This document shows positions 53,695-64,000 of a stretch of DNA of 64,000 nt, one piece after another. This DNA comes from Eledone cirrhosa (Eukaryota), in contig OZ024764.1 in NCBI GenBank assembly GCA_964016885.1, forward strand, positions 8,990,001-9,054,000. Reading direction: 5' to 3'. The position numbers and the translations under genes are program-made. Under the pieces are notes generated by a model. It was given only the letters and a program-made list of their open reading frames with translations, did no database searches and was not told where the DNA came from. How positions within the stretch are numbered: position 1 is the stretch's first letter; each line of letters opens with the position of its first letter.

Positions 53695-56600
53695 ATAGAT
53701 ATCTTTATTTGCCAGAGGGGCGTACAAGAAGTGGGACATTACAAGATGTGACGGCAGGGTTTTACATAAAAAAAACCTTTAACATTAATAAATAACAATA
53801 AACTATATATTAAAATAAAATAACAATAGAAATCCCCAATAGGAGGGAACGTTACTGCTGGGCTGTTTTACACCCCGTAGATAGAACAACCCTCAACACC
53901 GGGAGAACATTTTATAGGTGTTCCTGTCTGCCTCAACCTACAGGTTTATATACAGAGAAGGCCCATTCACTTGGGTCATTTAGATAGATAGATGGAAGAA
54001 TGGACAGACAGATAGATAGATATCTTTCTTTTATTTGCCAGAGGGGCGTACAAGAAATGGGACATTACAAGACGTGACGGCAGGGTTTTACATAAAAAAA
54101 ACCTTTAACATTAATAAATAACAATAAACTATATATTAAAATAAAATAACAATAGAAATCCCCAATAGGAGGGAATGTTACTGCTGGGCTGTTTTACACC
54201 CCGTAGATAGAACAACCCTCAACACTAGGAGAACGTTTTATAGGTCTTCCCGTCTTCCCTCTGTTTGTCTTCCTCAACCTACAGGTTTATATACAGAGAA
54301 GGCCCATTCACTCGGGTCATTTAGATAGATAGATGGAAGAATGGACAGACAGTTGAAATCCCCAATAGGAGGGAACGTTACTGCGGGGCTGTTTTACACC
54401 CCGTGGATAGAACAACCCTCAACACTAGGAGAACGTTTTATAGGTGTTCCCGTCTTCCCTCTGTTTGTCTTCCTCAACCTACAGGTTTATATACAGAGAA
54501 GGCCCATTCACTCGGGTCATTTAGATAGATAGATGGAAGAATGGACAGACAGTTGAAATCCCCAATAGGGGGCGACGTTACTGCTGGGTTGTTTTACACC
54601 CCGTAGATAGAACAACCCTCAACACCAGGAACACATTTTGTTGGTGTTCCTGTCTGCCCTCTGTTTGTCTTCCTCAGCCTACAGGTTTATATACAGAGAA
54701 GGCCCATTCACTTGGGCCATTTAGATAGATAGATGGAAGAATGGACAGACAGTTGAAATCCCCAATAGGGGTCGACGTTACTGCTGGGTTGTTTTACACC
54801 CCGTAGATAGAACAACCCTCAACACCAGGAACACATTTTGTTGGTGTTCCTGTCTGCCCTCTGTTTGTCTTCCTCAGCCTACAGGTTTATATACAGAGAA
54901 GGCCCATTCACTTGGGTCATTTAGATAGATAGATAGATGGAAGAATGGACAGACAGATAGATAGATATCTTTCTTTTATTTGCTACAAGGGTGTACAAGA
55001 AATGGGACATACAAGACGTGACGGTGGGGGTTTTACATATATAAATAACAAACTATATATTAAAAAATTAACAATGGAAATCCCCAATAGGGGGCGACGT
55101 TACTGCTGGGTTGTTTTACACCCCGTAGATAGAACAACCCTCAACACCAGGAGAACGTTTTATAGGTGTTCCTGTCTTCCCTTTGTTTGTCTTCCTCAAC
55201 CTACAGGTTTATATACAGAGAAGACCCATTCACTCGGGTCATTTAGATAGATAGATAGATGGAAGAATGGACAGACAGTTGAAATCCCCAATAGAGGGGT
55301 TACTGCTGGGTTGTTTTACACCCCGTAGATAGAACAACCCTAAACACCAGGAACACGTTTTGTTGGTGTTCCTGTCTTCCCTCTGTTTGTCTTCCTCAAC
55401 CTACAGGTTTATATACAGAGAAGGCCCATTCACTCGGGTCATTTAGATAGATAGATGGAAGAATGGACAGACAGACAGATAGATAGATATCTTTCTTTTA
55501 TTTGCTACAAAGGGGTACAAGAAATGGGACATACAAGACGTGACGGTGGGGGTTTTACATATATAAATAACAAACTATATATTAAAAAATTAACAATGGA
55601 AATCCACAATAGGGGGGGACGTTGCTGTTGGGTTGTTTTACACCCCGTAGATAGAACAACCCTCAACACTAGGAGAACGTTTTATAGGTCTTCCCGTCTT
55701 CCCTCTGTTTGTCTTCCTCAACCTACAGGTTTATATACAGAGAAGGCCCATTCACTCGGGTCATTTAGATAGATAGATGGAAGAATGGACAGACAGTTGA
55801 AATCCCCAATAGGAGGGAACGTTACTGCGGGGCTGTTTTACACCCCGTGGATAGAACAACCCTCAACACTAGGAGAACGTTTTATAGGTGTTCCCGTCTT
55901 CCCTCTGTTTGTCTTCCTCAACCTACAGGTTTATATACAGAGAAGGCCCATTCACTCGGGTCATTTAGATAGATAGATGGAAGAATGGACAGACAGTTGA
56001 AATCCCCAATAGGGGGCGACGTTACTGCTGGGTTGTTTTACACCCCGTAGATAGAACAACCCTCAACACCAGGAACACATTTTGTTGGTGTTCCTGTCTG
56101 CCCTCTGTTTGTCTTCCTCAGCCTACAGGTTTATATACAGAGAAGGCCCATTCACTTGGGCCATTTAGATAGATAGATGGAAGAATGGACAGACAGTTGA
56201 AATCCCCAATAGGGGTCGACGTTACTGCTGGGTTGTTTTACACCCCGTAGATAGAACAACCCTCAACACCAGGAACACATTTTGTTGGTGTTCCTGTCTG
56301 CCCTCTGTTTGTCTTCCTCAGCCTACAGGTTTATATACAGAGAAGGCCCATTCACTTGGGTCATTTAGATAGATAGATAGATGGAAGAATGGACAGACAG
56401 ATAGATAGATATCTTTCTTTTATTTGCTACAAGGGTGTACAAGAAATGGGACATACAAGACGTGACGGTGGGGGTTTTACATATATAAATAACAAACTAT
56501 ATATTAAAAAATTAACAATGGAAATCCCCAATAGGGGGCGACGTTACTGCTGGGTTGTTTTACACCCCGTAGATAGAACAACCCTCAACACCAGGAGAAC

Positions 56601-57660
56601 GTTTTATAGGTGTTCCTGTCTTCCCTTTGTTTGTCTTCCTCAACCTACAGGTTTATATACAGAGAAGACCCATTCACTCGGGTCATTTAGATAGATAGAT
56701 AGATGGAAGAATGGACAGACAGTTGAAATCCCCAATAGAGGGGTTACTGCTGGGTTGTTTTACACCCCGTAGATAGAACAACCCTAAACACCAGGAACAC
56801 GTTTTGTTGGTGTTCCTGTCTTCCCTCTGTTTGTCTTCCTCAACCTACAGGTTTATATACAGAGAAGGCCCATTCACTCGGGTCATTTAGATAGATAGAT
56901 GGAAGAATGGACAGACAGACAGATAGATAGATATCTTTCTTTTATTTGCTACAAGGGGGTACAAGAAATGGGACATACAAGACGTGACGGCAGGGTTTTA
57001 CATATATAAATAACAAACTATATATTAAAAAATTAACAATTGAAATCCCCAATTGGGTGGGGACGTTGCTGTTGGGTTGTTTTACACCCCGTAGATAGAA
57101 CAACCCTCAACACCAGGAGAACATTTTATAGGTGTTCCCGTCTTCCTCAACCTACAGGTTTATATACAGAGAAGGCCTATTCACTTGGGCCATTTAGATA
57201 GATAGATGGAAGAATGGACAGACAGTTGAAATCCCCAATAGGGGTCAACGTTACTGCGGGGTTGTTTTACACCCCGTAGATAGAACAACCCTCAACACCA
57301 GGAACACGTTTTGTAGGTGTTCCTGTCTTCCCTTTGTTTGTCTTCCTCAACCTACAGGTTTATATACAGAGAAGGCCCATTCACTCGGGTCATTTAGATA
57401 GATAGATAGATGGAAGAATGGACAGACAGTTGAAATCCCCAATAGAGGGGTTACTGCTGGGTTGTTTTACACCCCGTAGATAGAACAACCCTAAACACCA
57501 GGAATATGTTTTGTAGGTGTTCCTGTCTGCCATCTTTTTGTCTGCCTCAACCTACAGGTTTATATACAGAGAAGGCCCATTCACTCGGGCCATTTTTGCC
57601 ACATTCACCCACCTTTCAGCGAATTTACTGGGGTGTAGCACCACTCTCTCTCCACTCTCA
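53695..57660 (-). repeat. Tandem array of Tx1/L1 3'-end units (about 200 and 330 bp) joined by GATA linkers, with a 1444-bp higher-order duplication
   Basis: Identical ORFs at 54341/55785 and 54945/56389. Units match 5006-5350. Confidence 0.9.
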
Positions 57661-58302
57661 GTAAGTAGGTGAGTTAATTGGTATATAGGTAGATAGATAG
57701 ATAGATGAATAGGTAGGTGAGTTAATTGGTATATAGGTAGGTAGATAGATAGATAGATAGATGAGTAGGTAGGTGAGTTAATTGGTATATAGGTAGGTAG
57801 GTAGATAGATAGATAGATAGATAGACAGACTGACAGATTGGTAGGTGAATTAATTAGTATGTATATAGGTAGGTGAGTTGGTAGCTAGCTAGATAGATAG
57901 ATAGGTAGACAGGTACATCGGTATATAGATAGATAGGTAGGTAGGTATTTAGACAGATAGGTGGAAGAGTTAATTAGTATGCAGGAAGGTAGATAGGCAG
58001 GTGAGTTAATAGATAGAGAGGTAGGTAGGCAGGCATATAAATTTAGTAAATGTATGTGTGATGGATGAATGGCCAGGCAGGTAGATCAGTCCACTTGTGA
58101 AAATGTGATGTTACATTGTGAGTGATCTGGACTATGTTGTCAGTAACAGCGGCCAGCACAGACCAACACAAACCAGTACTGACCAACACAAACCAGTACT
58201 GACCAACACAAGCCAGTACTGACCAACACAAGCCAGTACTGACCGACACACTGTGAGATGGGAGAGAGAGACTAAGCTTTTGTAAGTTGTTTTTATACAC
58301 TA

Positions 58303-58785
58303 GTTAACCATTTCATTGCTATATTTCTAATGAAAGACACTGTTAGTGTTTGGAATGTAACATAACAAAGGTTCTTACATAAAACTATGATGAAAGATTT
58401 TTTAGATAAATATAAACACTTTAACCCTTTCATTACCATATTTCTAATGAAAGACACTGTCGGTGTTTGGAACATAACTTAACAAAGGTTCTTACATAAG
58501 ATTATGATGGAAGGTTTTTTAGATAAATATAAACACTTTAACCCTTTCATTACCATATTTCTAATGAAAGACACTGTTGGTGTTGTGAACATAACTTAAC
58601 AAAGGTTCTTACATAAGATCATGATGGAAAGTTTTTTAGATAAATATAAATACTTTAACCCTTTCATTACCATATTTCTAATGAAAGACGCTGTTGGTGT
58701 TGTGAACATAACTTAACAAAGGTTCTTACATAAGATTATGATGGAAGGTTTTTAGATAAATATAAACACTTTGACTCTTTTATTA
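58303..58785 (-). repeat. About 117-bp tandem units, reverse complement of 2337-2750
   Basis: TTAACCCTTTCATTACCATATTTCTAATG recurs. Confidence 0.9.
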
Positions 58786-58789
58786 GTGG

Positions 58790-59050
58790 TTTTGTAGCGG
58801 TCGTGTTGGTGTCACAACAACAAAAAGCACCCAATCCGCACTGTAAAGTGGTTGTTTTAGTGCCTCAACAAAAAGTACCTAGTTCCCACTGTAAGGTTGG
58901 CATTAGGAAGGGCATCCAGCTATAGAAACCAATCCAGAAACAGTTCTGTATGCACAAGACATGGTCATCTGATCTGCTTTCTCACAACAGGACAACTCGT
59001 CTAACCCATGTTAGCATGGAAAAATAGATGTTAAACGATGATGATGATGA
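58790..59050 (+). mobile_element. Diverged RTE-tail/SINE 3' fragment
   Basis: GGAAGGGCATCCAGC...AACCCATGTTAGCATGG...GTTAAAC(GAT)n. Confidence 0.7.
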
Positions 59051-59080
59051 TACTCTCTCTCTCTATATATATATATATAT

Positions 59081-60466
59081 TAAAAGGTAAAGGGTAAAGA
59101 CACCCTTCGGTCATGGGATTTGCACCTAGAAAGCTCCCCTCCGAGGTACAAGTCTGGGCAAGGTTGTTTGTGGAAGACTAGCAGTCACCCTGTATAACAA
59201 TCTCACCCCTCCATACCACTGGTGTTATCCAAGAGGTAATGGCTGCTACAGCTTGGCACCAGTGATGTCACAACTCATATACACTGTATATACACTTTAT
59301 ATATACACTGTATATACACTATATATACACTATATATATACACTGTATATACATTATATATACATTATATATACACTATATATACATTATATATAACTAT
59401 ATATACTTTATATATACATTATATATATACATTATATATACACTATATATACATTATATATAACTATATATACTTTATATATACACTATATATATACTTT
59501 ATATATACACTATATATATACTTTATATATACATTATATATATACACTATATATACATTATATATACATTATATATGTTGTTGTCCAAGAGAAAGGTAAT
59601 GGCTTGGCACCAGTGACATCACAACTCATATATACACTGTATATACATTATATATACACTGTATATACATTATATATACATTATATATACACTATATATA
59701 CACTATATATACTTTATATATACATTATATATACACTATATATACATTATATATACACTATATATACATTATATATACATTATATATACACTATATATAC
59801 ACTATATATACATTATATATACACTATATATACACTATATATATACACTATATATTCACTATATATACACTATATATATATACACTATATATTCACTATA
59901 TATACACTATATATATTCACTATATATACACTATATATACACTATATATATACACTATATATATACACTATATATATACACTATATATATACACTATATA
60001 TATACACTATATATACACTATATATACACTATATATATACACTATATATATACACTATATATATACACTATATGCACACTATATATACACTATACATATA
60101 TTTATACACTATATATCCATTATATATATATATATATATATATATATACTATATATGCATTATATATAGACTATATATATGACGTTGTCCAAGACTGATA
60201 CAGCTTGGCACCAGTGACATCACAGCTTATATATACACTATGTATACACTATATATATACACTATGTATACACTATGTATACACTATGTATACACTATGT
60301 ATACACTATGTATACACTATATATACACTGTATATGATGATGTCCAAGACTGATACAGCTTCAGCTTGGCACCAGTGACAAAGTGTCTTGCTCAAGGACA
60401 CAACACATCACCCGGTCCGAGAATCGAACTCGCAACCTCCCGATTGTAAGCCCGATGCTTTAACCA
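59081..60466 (-). mobile_element. Probable SINE (tRNA head at 60380-60466, ACCTTT-type tail at 59081-59100) expanded by internal duplications and TATATACAC repeats
   Basis: B box GTTCGATTC on the minus strand. GCTTGGCACCAGTGA is repeated four times. Confidence 0.55.
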
Positions 60467-60719
60467 CTATATACACACGATATATATACATATATATTGC
60501 ACCTTCAAATACACTATATACACACTATATATATACATATATATTGCACCTTCAAATACACTATATACACACACACATATATATATATATACACAATGTA
60601 TGTATACACTATTTGATGCCTCTCTCTTTTGTAAGGTCTCACAACATGATATATAGTTCTGTTGACTCTACTTCATTATGGCATCTATTAACAGCATCAT
60701 CACAACCACAAGGCACCAT

Positions 60720-61419
60720 TTAACCCTTTAATGTTCAAATTCTTTACCTCTCTCTGTTGAAACTGGCTGTAACTGGTCGCTCAAACTGATGTTAAGGTAT
60801 TGTTCTCAAAATAAATACTTTCAAAATCTCATAGATTCGATATTATGTGAGGTAACTATGTGAGATAAAGCCTTTATCATGAAAATACAATAGTATATAT
60901 AGAGTAATGTAAATGTTATGTGAGATATTATGTGAGGTAAAGCCTTTACTGTGAAAATACAATAGTATATATAGAGTAATGTAAATGTTATGTGAGATAT
61001 TATGTGAGGTAAAGCCTTTACTGTGAAAATACAATAGTATATATAGAGTAATGTAAATGTTATGTGAGATATTATGTGTGGTAAAGCCTTTACTGTGAAA
61101 ATACAATAGTATATATAGAGTAATGTAAATGTTATGTGAGATATTATGTGAGGTAAAGCCTTTACTGTGAAAATACAATAGTATATATAGAGTAATGTAA
61201 ATGTTATGTGAGGTAAAGCCTTTACTGTGAAAATACAATAGTATATATAGAGTAATGTAAATGTTATGTGAGATATTATGTGTGGTAAAGCCTTTACTGT
61301 GAAAATACAATAGTATATATAGAGTAATGTAAATGTTATGTGAGATATTATGTGAGGTAAAGCCTTTACTGTGACAATACAATAGTATATATAGAGTAAT
61401 GTGAATGCTAAAGGGTTAA
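60720..61419. mobile_element. piggyBac-like MITE carrying the 72-bp satellite unit
   Basis: TTAA-CCCTTTAATGTTCA...TGAATGCTAAAGGG-TTAA. Confidence 0.75.
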
Positions 61420-61584
61420 GACATATTTAAATTTAATTGATAGATTTGACCTGGTCTATGGATTTCACCAGCTGCTATCACTGTTTACTAAACACACTCT
61501 ATGTGGGTGTATATATATGTATGTATATATGTATATAACTGAATGTGTGGATGTATATAATATATATATATATGTGTGCGTGTG

Positions 61585-62835
61585 TTCATCTAATCTAGCC
61601 ATTAATATCCCCAATCGCTTCTTCTCTATCCTATCCAAACACTTCCCCCCTAACCATAGATATTACAAACTCTTTAATAAAAACAACATTAAAATCTCAT
61701 TCTCCACTACACCTAACCTAGCTAGCCACATCGCGTTCAGTAACCATCATAAGCTAAGACAGTATAACTCCCACACCGCGGTACCACCACCCCTATCAAA
61801 TACACCACGCCACTACACCAATAATTACTCTAGTAGCACACCTCCCCCATCTAATCCTTCTAGCACGGACCAACTGCTTAGGTTAAACAACCCTACTCTC
61901 ACTAACCGCAGAAGCAACTCTGCAACTGCCGTTACCCCAATGCATGCCCATTAAATGGACACTGCCTGACACCCAACATAGTCTATAGGTGCACAGTTGA
62001 GACTGCTTCGAATACCAGCTCTTATATCGGGTCTACCTCTAACCCTTTTAAGGTACGCTATAACGCACACTCTTTTTCCTTCCGAGACCCTAGCAACAGA
62101 TGTTCGACATCGCTAGCTAGGCTCATTAAAAACCTTAAATTAAACAAAGTTCAACACTCACTAAAATGGGATATCGTAGCTAGGGCCCAACCGTTCAATG
62201 GACGAAGGAAATCTTGTGATCTCTGTGTTACGGAAGCATATTACATAACTCTATCAATACCTCTACCAATTAACGATGGAACGGAGGTAACCATTAGCTG
62301 TCAACATCGAAGGGCTAATTCCTTCGCAAATAAAGTTTTTGACCCAACTTAGTCATGTAGCCCCATCTCTAATTATAGCTAATAAGTTAAATTGCTATGA
62401 ACAACTCGATAATTATAAGTTACCTCCCTACATTGTCTCTCAATTAAATAATTTAAATACTAGCACTTAACTATAAAATACACACAATCTCTAATCTCTC
62501 GAGAAGTTACTTCCCCTGAAACCACCCTCTAATTAGTAAGGTAAATATGCCCTTTGGCAGCCATCTTGTTACCCATAGGCAGATCTCAACCAATGCAGCC
62601 TCGACAGATGAGTACTGCTTGATTATGGTTGACAGCTGATGAAATAAAGGCACCATAGTAAAAACTAGTATATGGAACATTATATTATGTAACATTATTT
62701 TAATTTATATTCCTTTGAGTTCCGATGAGCCACTCTGTTTTTTTAAATATGTTAATTATTTTCAACTGAACCAGATCAATTATGATCTGATCCAGAAATA
62801 TTATACGGAGTAGCGAAACAATTGTAAACGGGCAT
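61585..62835 (+). mobile_element. 5'-truncated Penelope-like element: linker plus GIY-YIG endonuclease (stop at 62352) and 3' region
   Basis: ILSKHFPPNHRYYKLFNKNNIKISFS, frameshift, then CNCRYPNACPLNGHCLTPNIVYRCTV...YIGSTSNPFKVRYNAH...STSL...KWDIV...CDLCVTE...SCQH. Confidence 0.9.
62719..62829 (+). ncRNA. Hammerhead-like motif of the Penelope 3' region, with an extended stem II and a U4-to-C core change
   Basis: gtt-CCGATGA-gccactctg...cggagtagc-GAAA-c-aatt-g-TA-aac. Confidence 0.6.
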
Positions 62836-62839
62836 TATT

Positions 62840-63265
62840 TAATGCACTGGGTAATTGCTGGCCTTGTGCCTAAAGTAGAAACAATTATTATTATTATTAT
62901 AAAGTACCAGTAATGCACTGGGTAATTGCTGGCCTTGTGCCTAAAGTAGAAACAATTATTATTATGGTGGATTGGCAGATTCGGTAGAGAGTCGGACGCC
63001 ATGCTTTCCAACATAGTTACGTCCCTTTACGATCTGAGTTCAAATCCCGCTGAGGTTGACTTTGCCTTTCATCCTTACGGGGTCGATAAAATAAAGTACC
63101 AGTAATGTACTGGGATAATTGCTGGCCTTGTGCCTAAAGTAGAAACAATTATTATTATTATTATTATTTTGCCTTTCATCCTTACGGGGTCGATAAAATA
63201 AAGTACCAGTAATGCGCTGGGTATTTGCTGGCCTTCTGCCTAAAGTAGAAACGATTATTATTATT
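62840..63265 (+). mobile_element. SINE family 2: full copy at 62966-63165 plus flanking 3'-end fragments
   Basis: B box GTTCAAATC, body GCCTTTCATCCTTACGGGGTCGATAAAATAAAGTACC, (ATT)n tail. Partial copies at about 3357, 14581, 19011 and 44861. Confidence 0.85.
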
Positions 63266-63505
63266 CTCTACATTCCTTACATCAAACTAAATATGTTGAC
63301 AATCTTTTAATAATGTCTTCCTTGTGAAATTTGTGGTCTTGTTTTGCTTAACTAATGAATATATATATATATATATATACAGCTATACAGATACACACAC
63401 ACACACACATATATTATATATATATATATATATAATGTGTGTGTGTGTATCTGTATAGCTGCATATGTGTATATATATATACATATATATATACATATAT
63501 ATATA

Positions 63506-64000
63506 TTATCATCATCGATTAACGTCCATCTTCCCCCTAGCATGGGTTAGACGGGTCCTATTGCTCAAATAGGGGTGTTTCTGGCTGGTTTTCTACAGCT
63601 GGATGCCCTTCCTAATGCCAACCACTTTACAGTGTGGACTGGGAGCCATTTTACTGTCTCCTACATGACCACTTTACAGTGTGGACTGGGTGCTTTTTGT
63701 TGTGACATCTACATGACCACTTTACAGTGTGGACTGGGTGCTTTTTGTTGTGACATCTACATGACCACTTTACAGTGTGGACTGGGTACTTTTTGTTGTG
63801 ACACTTACATGACCACTTTACAGAGTGGACTGGGTACTTTTTGTTGTGACACCTACATGACCACTTTACAGTGTGGACTGGGTGCTTTTTGTTGTGACAC
63901 CTACATGACCACTTTACAGTGTGGACTGGGTGTTGTTTGTTGTGACACCTACATGACTACTTTACAGTGTGGACTGGGTACTTTTTGTTGTGACACCTAC
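63506..64000 (-). mobile_element. RTE-tail element with an internal 48-bp tandem array running off the window
   Basis: Tail at 63506-63550. CTACATGACC at 63661, 63709, 63757 and onward. Confidence 0.8.

Noticed and set aside
62633-62660. CTGATGA near the Penelope 3' region
   Set aside because: No compatible stems found by eye.

Overview
AT-rich, extremely repeat-dense animal genomic DNA, probably intronic or intergenic. The SINE, RTE and microsatellite make-up suggests an octopod cephalopod, but that is an inference. I found no intact host gene: nearly all long ORFs are translations of micro/minisatellites. Recognisable coding remnants are all transposon-derived: RTE-clade LINE 3' ends, Tx1/L1-clade 3' ends confined to (GATA)n tracts, a CRE-like restriction-endonuclease fragment, a hAT/Buster transposase C-terminus and a Penelope-like GIY-YIG fragment. 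There are also at least two tRNA-derived SINE families, TTAA-flanked piggyBac-like MITEs and many TE-seeded tandem arrays. The most striking structure is about a dozen short fold-back (palindromic) elements from several sequence families, mostly in or beside (TA)n tracts. They are built around type I hammerhead ribozymes. Some carry two back-to-back ribozymes, one per strand; others are inverted at the ribozyme stem II. Many have a shared RTTGAGTRC tail motif, and they are probably non-autonomous Penelope-like retroelement products. All folds and alignments were read by eye.
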